Positions 1 through 9,280 of a stretch of 64,000 nt of DNA are shown piece after piece. The first letter of the stretch is position 1, and each line of letters begins with the position of its first letter. The DNA comes from Thermoplasmata archaeon. GTDB taxonomy: Archaea; Thermoplasmatota; DTKX01; DATEUP01. The stretch spans positions 83,813 to 147,812 of the forward strand of contig JBGPJF010000001.1 of assembly GCA_041485285.1 (NCBI GenBank), in the 5' to 3' direction. Position numbers and translations under genes: made by a program. The notes under the pieces were generated by a model. The model was not told where the DNA came from, made no database searches, and saw only the letters and a list, made by a program, of their open reading frames with translations.

Positions 1-309
1 ACACCGAGACGCCGCGCGAGAGCTGCGCGCCAAGTTCCATCTCGCCGCGTTCGGCCACGAGCGCTACCGACCCCACGATGAGGTTCGCGACGGCGGCGCA
101 CAGGAAGAGCACCATCACCGGGATCCAAAGCGGCGTGCCGCGGACCTTGGGCGCGAGTTGCCGCAGCAGCCCGAGCGCGACGGCCCCGAGCCCAAGGCCG
201 AGGACGGCGGTGAGCGCAAGGACGAGGTCGAGGTCGGCCATCGGGCGTGGTTCTCAGGGGGGCCTTATCATCCTTCGTGGAGCAAAACTGCTTCCGCGAA
301 CGGGGGCCC

Positions 310-1989
310 TTACTCTTCTTCCTTCCCGCCGCCCTCGGCCCTCCAGGCATCCAGCGCGCTCTTCGGGTTGGCCTTCGGCTTGCGCATCCCCTGCACGAGC
401 CGCTTCATCTTGCGCTCGCGGGCCGCCCCGGCAAACGCCATCTTCTCGTCGCGCGTGCCCGCAGTGATGAGCACGACGCAGCGGCCAGCTTCGGTGCGCC
501 CCGCGCGCCCGCGCCGCTGGATCGAACGGATGGCGGAGGGCACCGCCTCGAAGAACACGACGAGGTCGACGGCGGGGATATCGATGCCTTCCTCGCCGAC
601 GCTTGACGCCACAAGGACGGGGAACTTGCCCTTGCCGAAGGCCGCAAGGGCCGCGCGCTGCTCGTCCTGCGACATGCCGCGCTCCTTCTGGCGGTCGGCC
701 TGCCCGATGAATTTGCGCGCCGCGATCCCCCGGCGCGCGAGCTCCTCGACGATGGTGGTCACGGTGTCGCGGTACTGCGCGAACACGATCGCCTTGGCGC
801 CCGGCTTCGCGCTGAATTCGGCCGCGAGCAGGTCCGCAAGGCGCGGGAATTTCGGATGGCTTTCGCCTTTCTGCGACTTCAAGAAGCGCAGCACGGCCTT
901 CGCGTGCCGGTCATTGAGGAACGAGCTGTCCTTGCGCTTGCGCTGGCCGCCCTCGATGCGCTCGATGTAGCCGCGCATCGCCTCGACGCCTTCGCACTCG
1001 AGGAGCTCCAGGCAGTTGGCCGCGTGCAGGGCGACGCCCTGGTGCAAGAACCCCGCGAAGAGGTAGGGCGAGCGCCGCTGCTTCATCCGCACGGCGAGCT
1101 GGCCCGTCACCGCGAGGATGTCGCGCTTCGTGATCTGCGAATTCTTCCGGTCGCGCAGGAACCCGATGCGGCGCAGCTTTTGGACGCGCTCCGCGAGCAG
1201 CTTCTCCAGCCGCATGCGAGGCTCCTCGAATTCTTGCGGGAAAGGGACGCGCACCCAGTCGACCTTGAGCTTCTGGACATGGTGCGCAACGTCGCTGTCT
1301 TCTTGCGTTCGGGCCTCCACGCGCTCGATGCCGAGGTTGCGGGTTACCTCGAGCACGCGCTCCTCCTCGTGGCCGGGCGAGGCCGTGAGCGCAAGGACGA
1401 GGGGGCGCCGCTCGGGCGGCAGCGCGAGGATGGCCTTCCCGATCGTCACGTACTGGTACTCGCCCACCGCGCGGTGGCCTTCATCGAACACCACGAGCGA
1501 GAACAGGGAGACGTCGAACTGGCCGGACTCAACGTCGTTGGCCACGACCTGCGGGGTGGCCACGACGATCCGCGCGTCGGCCTCGATGGCCCGGCGCTCC
1601 TTGGAGCGGCGCTTGCCGGTCACCGCCACGATCGCAGGCGGGCCTGCGAGCCACTGCTTGAGGCGCGCCTCGTGCTGGAGGCACAGGGGGCGCGTCGGGG
1701 CGAGCCATAGAATGCGGTGCGGGGGGGCGAGCATCCGCTCGGCGGTGACAAGCGCGCCGATGACCGTTTTGCCAAGGCCGGTCGGGAGGACCACGAGCGT
1801 GTTTGCGTTCAGGGCCTCCGTCGCGATCGTCACCTGGTACTCGCGCCACGCGATCGATCCGACCGAAACCTGCGGGTGCACGACCGCCCCCGTCTTGTGG
1901 CGCACGAAGGTCACACCCGGCTTGCGCGGTGCCCCCTCCTTCGCCGGCGGCGCGCCGAAGTCAAACAGCGTCGTGGCGCGCTCGGACAT
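310..1989 (-). CDS. hef: Hef/FANCM-like SF2 helicase (helicase domain only, no ERCC4 nuclease)
   Basis: Motifs LPTGLGKT, VFDEGHRAVG, LALTASPG, EEGIDIP, QRRGRAGR. Start set at ATG 1989 (MSERATT). Confidence 0.9.
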   Translation of the reverse strand: MSERATTLFDFGAPPAKEGAPRKPGVTFVRHKTGAVVHPQVSVGSIAWREYQVTIATEALNANTLVVLPTGLGKTVIGALVTAERMLAPPHRILWLAPTRPLCLQHEARLKQWLAGPPAIVAVTGKRRSKERRAIEADARIVVATPQVVANDVESGQFDVSLFSLVVFDEGHRAVGEYQYVTIGKAILALPPERRPLVLALTASPGHEEERVLEVTRNLGIERVEARTQEDSDVAHHVQKLKVDWVRVPFPQEFEEPRMRLEKLLAERVQKLRRIGFLRDRKNSQITKRDILAVTGQLAVRMKQRRSPYLFAGFLHQGVALHAANCLELLECEGVEAMRGYIERIEGGQRKRKDSSFLNDRHAKAVLRFLKSQKGESHPKFPRLADLLAAEFSAKPGAKAIVFAQYRDTVTTIVEELARRGIAARKFIGQADRQKERGMSQDEQRAALAAFGKGKFPVLVASSVGEEGIDIPAVDLVVFFEAVPSAIRSIQRRGRAGRTEAGRCVVLITAGTRDEKMAFAGAARERKMKRLVQGMRKPKANPKSALDAWRAEGGGKEEE

Positions 1990-2380
1990 AGCGGTCTTCA
2001 GCGGCGCCGGGGCAGAAAAGCACGATGGGGGCCTCGGCGAAGCGGGCCGAGAGCACGGCAAGGCGCCTGGGGATCAATTCTAAAACTGACGATCCGCCGC
2101 CGCCCCCCCCGGGGCGGGCGTCGAAGCCCCCGCCGCTCTGGATGGCGCGCCCGTGCCCCAGGGACCTGTGCGCAACATTGCAGGCGCGCGGCGAAAACCA
2201 CGACGAGCCACGATGCCGCAGGGCGCACCCCGAAGAAATCCTTCCCATCTTCTCTGCAATTTTGGAATCTTTGGCCCCCCTGCGAGGGCAGGTATTTCTG
2301 CCGTCTCCAGCTGGCGGCCTGCGATGTGCCCTTCCCCTTCGGGGACACACCCCCCCGCCGGATCACAAAACGATGCGCCC

Positions 2381-3439
2381 GTGCCGCTCTCCAAGCGCGA
2401 CTTGCTCATCCTGCGCGCCATCGTGAGCTACCCCTGGGCCACGGACAACCAGATCGGCCACGCGCTGAACCTCCGGCGCGCCACCGTGACGCGCGCTCGC
2501 CTGCGCTTGCGGGACAAGCGCGTCTTCGCGTCGGGCTACTCCGTCGACCTCGACCTCACCCAACCTGGCCCGGTGACCGTTTTATGCGGCCGCGGGGGGT
2601 CGGACGTGTCCGACAAGGACCTCGCCCGCGGCCTCGATCGCCTCCTCAAGGACCACCGGATGTCGGGCGCGTTCATTGCCGAGGGCGGGTCGTTCATCGG
2701 GGCGGTCATGGACACCGCCCGCAGCCACCTCTCCCTCTGGTCGGCCGCGGCGCTCAGCATCCGCGCCCCCCACGCGGGCGGCTACCTCGTGCACAGCCTC
2801 GAGGCGTTCCCCTTCCCGCTCCACGAACAGGTGGAACGCACCCCCGTCACATACCGGCCGTTCCTCGAAGTTCTCACCGGCCGCGGGCGCCTGCCCGGCG
2901 CCCCGACGCACAAGGCGGAACCGCGCCGCCAAGCCCCCCGGCCCCTGCGCAAGAGCGAGGTGGCGGTCGCGCGGTCGCTCATCGCGCACCCCGACCTGCC
3001 GATCGCCGAGGCGGCGCACAAGTGCGGCCTGTCGCGCAGCACGTTTGCGCACGTCAAGGGGGCCCTCCTCTCCAAGGGGTACCTGCAAGAAGCCGCATGG
3101 GTCAACCTGCCCGCGCTCGGGTTCCCTGTCATCCTCGTCACCGGCCTCTACCGCCGGCCGCGCAGCGGCAACCACGCCAAGGTGCAGGTATTGGAGGTCC
3201 TCTCGCAGGGCACCGCCCCCGTTGCCTCCTACGCGTCGCCGACCCACGAGGTCACTGTCACGCCCTACCCCCACCTTGCCGCCGCGCTCAATGTGCAGCG
3301 CGCGCTGCTTGCCCGCGAGCGAGAGCTCGAGCTGCTCGCCCCGCCCTTCATCGCGCCCCTCCTGCTCACCCAGGCTCAGTTCGTCGCGCACTCCGAGTCG
3401 GGAGACCTTACCGTCGCGTGGCTCGGGCAGGCCGTTTGA
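2381..3439 (+). CDS. Double (internally duplicated) Lrp/AsnC-like wHTH transcriptional regulator, paralog 1
   Basis: Two Lrp-type HTH segments (LSKRDLLILRAI..RATVTRARLRL and SEVAVARSLI..GLSRSTFAHVKGALLSKGYL..VNLPALGFP). GTG start at 2381. Confidence 0.7.
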   Translation: MPLSKRDLLILRAIVSYPWATDNQIGHALNLRRATVTRARLRLRDKRVFASGYSVDLDLTQPGPVTVLCGRGGSDVSDKDLARGLDRLLKDHRMSGAFIAEGGSFIGAVMDTARSHLSLWSAAALSIRAPHAGGYLVHSLEAFPFPLHEQVERTPVTYRPFLEVLTGRGRLPGAPTHKAEPRRQAPRPLRKSEVAVARSLIAHPDLPIAEAAHKCGLSRSTFAHVKGALLSKGYLQEAAWVNLPALGFPVILVTGLYRRPRSGNHAKVQVLEVLSQGTAPVASYASPTHEVTVTPYPHLAAALNVQRALLARERELELLAPPFIAPLLLTQAQFVAHSESGDLTVAWLGQAV

Positions 3440-3550
3440 CCCCGCCGGCGCAGGCCGGCGGAAGGGCGATTCCAAAAACCCATATCGGGGCCCGCCCCTC
3501 TATTGGCCGGCGGGCCAAGCCGGGCCGCTGCCTTGTGGTGCGGTGATACG

Positions 3551-4621
3551 ATGACCCTCGCGCGCGCCGACCTGCAGGTGCTCTACGCCACCGCGTGCCG
3601 CCCGGCCGCGACGGCCGCCGAGCTTTCGCCTTCCCTCCACATGGAGCCGTCAACCGTGTCGAGGACGCGCAGGCGCCTGGAGCGGCTGAAGGTGTGGGCG
3701 CCGGCCTTCGCGCTCGACACGCGGCGGCTGGAAAGCGACCCCGTCATTTCGTTCCGGGTGGAGACGAACGGCTCGTCGGGAGGCCGCGACGTGGCGGCGG
3801 CGCTGCGCCGGGCCCTTGCCGACCTCGACCTGTCGGGCGGATTCCTCGTCGACGAACGCCATGCGTTTGGCCTCTGCGTGCCGCGGGGCGTCGCGCGGCT
3901 GCAGGCGCTCGAGTCGCGTGTGCTTGGCCTTGAACGGGCCGCGGGGGCCGCCCCCGTGGTCGGCCGCCATGAGCACGCCATCTACCCCGGAGGCGCCGGC
4001 ACGCGCATGCGGTGGCCCGATTTCGTGCCGTTCCTGCGGGCTGTGCTGATGGAGCGCATCGGCGCGACCCCGCAGGTCGAGCCCGAGGCCCACGCGCGGG
4101 CGGCCAGGCGGCCCCGTGCGCTCTCCACGACCGAACTGCTCGTCGCCAAAGAGCTCCTCACGAACCCGGCCCGCACCCTCGCCGAGAGCACGCGCGCCGT
4201 GCGCCTTCCTTCGAGCACCTTCGCCCACGTCAAGATGACCCTCCTCGAGGAAGGGATCCTGCGCCCGACGGCCCGCGTTGACCCCGCAGCCGTCGGCTAC
4301 CCCCGCCTCCTCCTTACGGCCCGCGCGCACCGGCCCCACGACCCCCACGCCCTCGAGACCGACCTTGCCCACCACCCGTGCGCCGCGACCGCGCCCATCG
4401 CGCTCATGACCTCCGACACCCACGGGTTCGCCATCACGCCAATCGCCGAGGCCGTGTGCGAACTCGAAGCGGTCGCCGACTTCGAGCGGCGCAGCGCGCG
4501 CTTCGACCCTACCGCCCCGGTCTCGGCCATCGCTTTCGACGCCGGCCGCGCGCACGCCGTCGGCTACACCTCGCCGGCCGATGCCTTCGGCGCCGCGTTC
4601 CGCTCGTGGGTCGCGCCCTAA
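3551..4621 (+). CDS. Double Lrp/AsnC-like wHTH transcriptional regulator, paralog 2
   Basis: Same architecture. Second HTH TELLVAKELL..SSTFAHVKMTLLEEGIL..VDPAAVGYP aligns with paralog 1. ATG 3551. Confidence 0.7.
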   Translation: MTLARADLQVLYATACRPAATAAELSPSLHMEPSTVSRTRRRLERLKVWAPAFALDTRRLESDPVISFRVETNGSSGGRDVAAALRRALADLDLSGGFLVDERHAFGLCVPRGVARLQALESRVLGLERAAGAAPVVGRHEHAIYPGGAGTRMRWPDFVPFLRAVLMERIGATPQVEPEAHARAARRPRALSTTELLVAKELLTNPARTLAESTRAVRLPSSTFAHVKMTLLEEGILRPTARVDPAAVGYPRLLLTARAHRPHDPHALETDLAHHPCAATAPIALMTSDTHGFAITPIAEAVCELEAVADFERRSARFDPTAPVSAIAFDAGRAHAVGYTSPADAFGAAFRSWVAP

Positions 4622-5082
4622 GTCTTGGACGGCGCATCGGGCAGGCGTACGGTCGTGAGCCAAAAGCCCTCGACCGACTTGATGACCTCGAAGAACTGCC
4701 ACACGTCCGACGGCTTCGAAATGAAGCAGCTCGCGTGCAGCCCGTAGGACTCCTCGACGTCCTTCGACGCCCGCGAGGTGGAGAGCACGACCACCGGGAT
4801 GTGCTTCAGGTTCGGGTCCGCCTTGATCTCCCGAAGCACCTCCGCGCCCGACCGCTTCGGGAGGTTCAGGTCGAGCAGGATGAGGTCGGGCCGCGGGGCA
4901 CCCGCGTGCTTGCCCTCGCGGCGCAGGAATGCGATGGCTTCGTCCCCGTCTTCGGCGATATGGAGCTCCGTCGGGACGCGCCCCTCCTTCAGGGCTTCGA
5001 CCGTGAGCCGGGCGTCGGCCGGGTCGTCTTCGACAAGCAGGATGTGGACGGCCGGAGGGCCCTCGCCGCTTTGCGTCTTCAT
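4618..5082 (-). CDS. Single-domain response regulator (Rcp1/CheY-like)
   Basis: [29 protein letters not shown]. Start overlaps the upstream kinase stop. Confidence 0.95.
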   Translation of the reverse strand: MKTQSGEGPPAVHILLVEDDPADARLTVEALKEGRVPTELHIAEDGDEAIAFLRREGKHAGAPRPDLILLDLNLPKRSGAEVLREIKADPNLKHIPVVVLSTSRASKDVEESYGLHASCFISKPSDVWQFFEVIKSVEGFWLTTVRLPDAPSKT

Positions 5083-8000
5083 GCGCTACTCCCCCTCGGA
5101 TACGTGGGGAGGGTGAAGTAGAAATCGGAACCCTTACCGGGGACCGATTCGAACCAAATGCGACCCCCCAGGCGCTCCACGATCTTCTTGCACACCGCGA
5201 GCCCGATGCCCGTGCCGGGGTACTTCGAGCGGCCGTGCAGGCGCTGGAAGATCTCGAAGACCTTCTCCTGGTAGGCCGGGTCGATGCCGATGCCGTTGTC
5301 CCGCACCACGAACCGCCAGTTCGCCCCGTCGCGCACGCACCCGATGGTCACGTGCGGCTTTTCCTTGCCGCGGAACTTGATCGCGTTCGACAGGAGGTTC
5401 TGGAATAGCTCGCGCAGCTGTGCGGGGTCGGCCCACACTTCGGGCAGGTCGCCAATATCGACCTGCGCCCCGGCCGCCTCGACCTCCAGCCGCAGGTCGC
5501 CCTCGGCGGCCAGCGCCGCGGCCTTCGCGTCCGAAAGGCGCGTGGGCGCAGGGGTCGACCCCGCCCGCGAGAACGCGAGCAGGTCGTCGATGAGTTCCTG
5601 CATCCGCTCGGCGCCCTGAAGCGAAAAGTCGAGGAACTCGATGGCGTCGCCGCGCAGCTGCGCGCCGTGGCGCTCGCGCAGCAGCTGCATGTAGCTCATC
5701 ACCTGCCGCAGGGGCGCCTGCAGGTCGTGGGAGGCCACATACGCGAACTGCTCGAGGTCTTGGTTCGATCGGGCAAGCTCCTCCACCTGCTTCGAGAGTT
5801 CGGCCTGCGCGCGCTTGCGCTCCGACACATCGCGTAGGATCCCTGTGAAGAGCCGCTTGCCCCCCTGGTCGCTCTCGCCGAACGATATTTCGAGGTCCAC
5901 CGTCCGGCCGTCCTTCGTGCGCCCCGGCATTTCCATCGAGTGCCAATTGGTCGTGCGCGTCCCCGTGGAGAGGTACCGCCCGAACGCCACCTGGTGGCGC
6001 CCCTTCTCATCGGCCCCCATGAGGAGTGTGATCGGCTGGCCCTCGAGCTCCGAGCGGCCGTACCCGAAGATGCGCTCCATCGCCGGGTTCACGAAGAGGA
6101 TCGATCCGCCCTCGTCCATGGTCACCATGCCGTCGAAGGCCGTCTCGGCGACGATGCGGTGCCGCGCCTCGCTCTGGGTGAGTGCCTCCTGCGCCGCCTT
6201 GCGCTCCGTGATGTCGTAGAACATGGTGAGCAGGCACGGCTGGCCGGCAAATTCGATGCGGTCGGCAGAGAGCAGCACCGTGCGCACCTCGCCGGAGAGC
6301 GTTCGCAACTCGAGCTCGTAGTCGCGCAGCGCGCCCTTCTCGGTGAGGGCCTTGCGAAGCTGCTCCCGGTCCTCAGGCCGGCGGTAGACGTTGATCTCTT
6401 CGATCGTGCGCCCCACGAGGCGGTCGCGCGGCACGCCGTGAAAGCGCAGAACGCTCTCATTGGCCTCAATGATACGCCCTCCCTTGAGGGTCGAGATGGA
6501 GATCGGCACGGGGCTTGCGCGGAACACATTGGCGAGCCGCTCCTCAACCTGGCGGAGCGCGTTTTCCGCCGCCCGCCGCTCCGTGAGGTCCTGCAGCGCG
6601 CCGATCGCGCGCACGAGCTTGCCCTCCGGCGAGAAGGTGACGGCCGCGATCCCGTGCACGGTGCGCTGCGACCCGTCGGGGCGCAGGATGCTGAATTCGA
6701 GGTCGAGGGGGTCGCCTTTCGTGACGAGCGCCTGAATCCGTTCGCCGAGGCGCTGTCGGTCCTGGGGCGCCACCAAGCCCACGAATGATTCGAAGGTGGG
6801 CACCACCGTTCCCGGCTCGACGCCGACAATCCGCCAGAACTCGTCTGACCACGCCGACGCCCCGCTTTCGAGGTCCCAGGTCCAGCTGCCCACATGCGCC
6901 ATCCGGCTTGTTTGCGCGAGCATCTCCTCACTGCGGCGCACCTGGTCCTGGGCGCGGCGCCGCTCCGTCACGTCGCTGATGGCGCTCACGGCACCCACCA
7001 CCGCGCCCGCCGAATTGCGCAGGGGCCACACCCGCACGTAGGTGTCGACGGTTCGGCCGTCGCGGCGCATTTGGCGCTCTTCGTAGGGGGCGACCGCCTC
7101 GCCGCGGTTCAGCCGGTCGAGCAGGTCGCGGGCCCGGCCGGCCTGCTCCGGGGTTGCCAAGTCGAACATCGACCGCCCCACGACGTGCTCGCGCTTGACG
7201 GCGAACATCTCCTCGGCCGCGTCGTTAAAGCTGAGCAGCTTCCCTTCGAGGTCGGTCACCACGATGCCGTCGTCCGAGGAGCGCACGATGGCTTCGAGGT
7301 GCTCGCGCAGCGCCTCGCGCCGCCCCTGCTCGACGAACCCCGAAAGCTGGCTGGCCAACACCGTCAGGTGCCCCTCCATCTCCGCGTCGGGTTGGCGCAG
7401 CTCGCCGCTGAAGAACTCGAGCACTCCCACGACTTCGCCGGGCAGCTTCAGGGGCAGGCCAAAGGCCCCGTGGAGCCCCTCGCTTGCCGCAAAGGGCGCG
7501 CGCGGGAAATTCGGCTCCTTGGTCACATCGGGGATCCAGCGCGGCGCGCCGGTCTGCCACACGCTGCCCGGCAGCCCGACGCCCGGCACGAACCGCATCT
7601 CGCGCGTGGCGCGGACGAAAGTGGGGGCGGGGTGGCTGGGTGAATTCCACACGGCAACGTTGCGCACCACGCCGCCTGGCGCGTCGACTTCCCAGAGGGC
7701 GCCCACGTCCCACCCGAGGTGGCGCGCGACCAGCTCGACCAGGCGCGGGGCCGCGGTCGCAAGCGTTGGCGACTCGGCAAGGACGCGCGTGAGTTCGTAC
7801 TGGATCGCGAGGTAGCGGCGCGCCCGCGCGTCGGCCCCCACATCTTCAAGGAAGAGAGCGACGGCGGGCCCGCGGCCGGTGCTAAACAGGCGCGCGTTGG
7901 CAAGCGATTCCAGCGCGGTCCCGTCCTTGCGCCGCAGGCGCAGCGGGAGCGGGCGGAGGGCCTCCGTCCCCGGCCCCCTGTTCGCGGCCCCCCGGAGGGC

Positions 8001-8213
8001 CTCCCGCAGCGACGGCGCACCTTCCGCGAGCACCGCGTCGACGAGTTGGCCTTCGAGTTCGGCGTGGGCAAAACCGAGCAGCGTTGCAGCCTGAGGGTTT
8101 ACCGCAAGCAGGCGCCCCTCAAGGTCCACGAGGAGCACCGGCCCAGGCACAAGTGCCATCAGTTCGTCGACGGGCGTGAGCCCTCCGAACGAACTCTTTA
8201 CGTCAGCTGCCAT
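5079..8213 (-). CDS. Cytoplasmic PAS-GAF-PASx4 sensor histidine kinase (Cph1/BphP-type kinase core)
   Basis: H-box [13 protein letters not shown]-box [26 protein letters not shown] and several PAS/PAC repeats. Start ATG 8213 (MAADVK). Confidence 0.95.
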   Translation of the reverse strand: MAADVKSSFGGLTPVDELMALVPGPVLLVDLEGRLLAVNPQAATLLGFAHAELEGQLVDAVLAEGAPSLREALRGAANRGPGTEALRPLPLRLRRKDGTALESLANARLFSTGRGPAVALFLEDVGADARARRYLAIQYELTRVLAESPTLATAAPRLVELVARHLGWDVGALWEVDAPGGVVRNVAVWNSPSHPAPTFVRATREMRFVPGVGLPGSVWQTGAPRWIPDVTKEPNFPRAPFAASEGLHGAFGLPLKLPGEVVGVLEFFSGELRQPDAEMEGHLTVLASQLSGFVEQGRREALREHLEAIVRSSDDGIVVTDLEGKLLSFNDAAEEMFAVKREHVVGRSMFDLATPEQAGRARDLLDRLNRGEAVAPYEERQMRRDGRTVDTYVRVWPLRNSAGAVVGAVSAISDVTERRRAQDQVRRSEEMLAQTSRMAHVGSWTWDLESGASAWSDEFWRIVGVEPGTVVPTFESFVGLVAPQDRQRLGERIQALVTKGDPLDLEFSILRPDGSQRTVHGIAAVTFSPEGKLVRAIGALQDLTERRAAENALRQVEERLANVFRASPVPISISTLKGGRIIEANESVLRFHGVPRDRLVGRTIEEINVYRRPEDREQLRKALTEKGALRDYELELRTLSGEVRTVLLSADRIEFAGQPCLLTMFYDITERKAAQEALTQSEARHRIVAETAFDGMVTMDEGGSILFVNPAMERIFGYGRSELEGQPITLLMGADEKGRHQVAFGRYLSTGTRTTNWHSMEMPGRTKDGRTVDLEISFGESDQGGKRLFTGILRDVSERKRAQAELSKQVEELARSNQDLEQFAYVASHDLQAPLRQVMSYMQLLRERHGAQLRGDAIEFLDFSLQGAERMQELIDDLLAFSRAGSTPAPTRLSDAKAAALAAEGDLRLEVEAAGAQVDIGDLPEVWADPAQLRELFQNLLSNAIKFRGKEKPHVTIGCVRDGANWRFVVRDNGIGIDPAYQEKVFEIFQRLHGRSKYPGTGIGLAVCKKIVERLGGRIWFESVPGKGSDFYFTLPTYPRGSSA

Positions 8214-8320
8214 CGCCAAACAATCACGAGCGCCAGAGTATAAGATATCCCCGACCGCGCTTTCGGTGGCGGCAATAGCGTTACGCGTCGGCCTGGCTGG
8301 GGCCTTCCTGACTCGCGCGG

Positions 8321-9235
8321 TCAGGACCGCCGCAGCACCACGATGTGCTGGTGGGCGATGTTTGGCACATACGCGAACGGGTAGCCGTACGGCCGCAGCC
8401 GCGTGCCCGTCTGCCACCACACGATGTCGCCCTTCGCCGTGAACCCCGCGCGCTCGGCCCGCGCCGCGAGGTCCGCATGCGTAAACGTGTAGCGGCCCTC
8501 CTGGTACGCATCGCGCACGATGAGCGCCATGTACTTCCCGCGCTTCAGCACCCGGTTGCACTCGACAAACGCCCGCTCCATCGCGTCAAGGTACGCGCCG
8601 TAGCCGCCGAGGTTCGCGAGATCGCGCGGGTCGTCGGACTTCATGTCGAAGTCGGTGCGCCGGTTCGCCCACTCCTTGTACTTGCCCTGCTTGCCCACAC
8701 TCATCGTGATCTTGAAGTGCACATTGTAAGGAGGGTCCGTGGCGATGAAGTCGAAGGACGAGTCGGGCATTTTGGCCATCACTTCGAGGCAGTCGCCCTG
8801 CACCATCTGCTGCAGGTCGAGCGCCTTCAGCCCCTGGGCCCGCAAATCATCGGCCACACTTTCGTAGACGCTGATCCACTTGCGACTCACTTCGATGCCA
8901 ACGCCCGACCGCGGCGGGCTGGCCGACGCGGCCCCCAGCAGCGTCCCCCCCACGCCTGCAAACGGGTCGAGCACGCGGCCGCCGCGCTTGGTGAAGAACT
9001 CGATGAGCTTACGCATGAGCGCCGGCGGCTTGTTGGCGCCGTGCGCCTTGCGCAAGTCGTGGCGCATCTCGCGCGGGTACGAGGTCTGGAGCACGGACTT
9101 GGTGAAGTAGAGCCACTGTTCGCCCGTGAGTTCGTTCAAGGGGTTGCGCGGGTCGACCCCGCGGGGCTCCGGGCGCGCCGGCCTGGCCCTCGCGGATGAA
9201 CCTGGACGCGCCTTCGCGCGCTTGCGTGCGGCCAC
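8321..9235 (-). CDS. Solitary N4-C/N6-A DNA methyltransferase with permuted motif order
   Basis: HGANKPPALMRKLI..VLDPFAGVGGT precedes TDPPY, RVLKRGKY, IVWWQ, HQHIVVLR. Confidence 0.88.
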   Translation of the reverse strand: MAARKRAKARPGSSARARPARPEPRGVDPRNPLNELTGEQWLYFTKSVLQTSYPREMRHDLRKAHGANKPPALMRKLIEFFTKRGGRVLDPFAGVGGTLLGAASASPPRSGVGIEVSRKWISVYESVADDLRAQGLKALDLQQMVQGDCLEVMAKMPDSSFDFIATDPPYNVHFKITMSVGKQGKYKEWANRRTDFDMKSDDPRDLANLGGYGAYLDAMERAFVECNRVLKRGKYMALIVRDAYQEGRYTFTHADLAARAERAGFTAKGDIVWWQTGTRLRPYGYPFAYVPNIAHQHIVVLRRS

Positions 9236-9280
9236 GCACCCTTACCCACGCGCACGCTTAAGAATCCGCCGCGCGCGCCG

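Noticed and set aside
1990-2380. Structured ncRNA (SRP, RNase P) in the 390-bp divergent intergenic region
   Set aside because: No SRP helix-8 or RNase P GAGGAAAGUCC signature is visible.
5079-8213. Phytochrome/photoreceptor call from the Cph1-like kinase core and Rcp1-like receiver
   Set aside because: No PAS-GAF-PHY photosensory module, no DIP motif, no bilin-binding Cys, and no LOV GxNCRFLQ motif.
8321-9235. tRNA m2G10 methyltransferase (Trm11) because motif I precedes DPPY
   Set aside because: No THUMP domain, and DNA-MTase beta-type motifs (HxxxKP, IVW, HxHI) are present.
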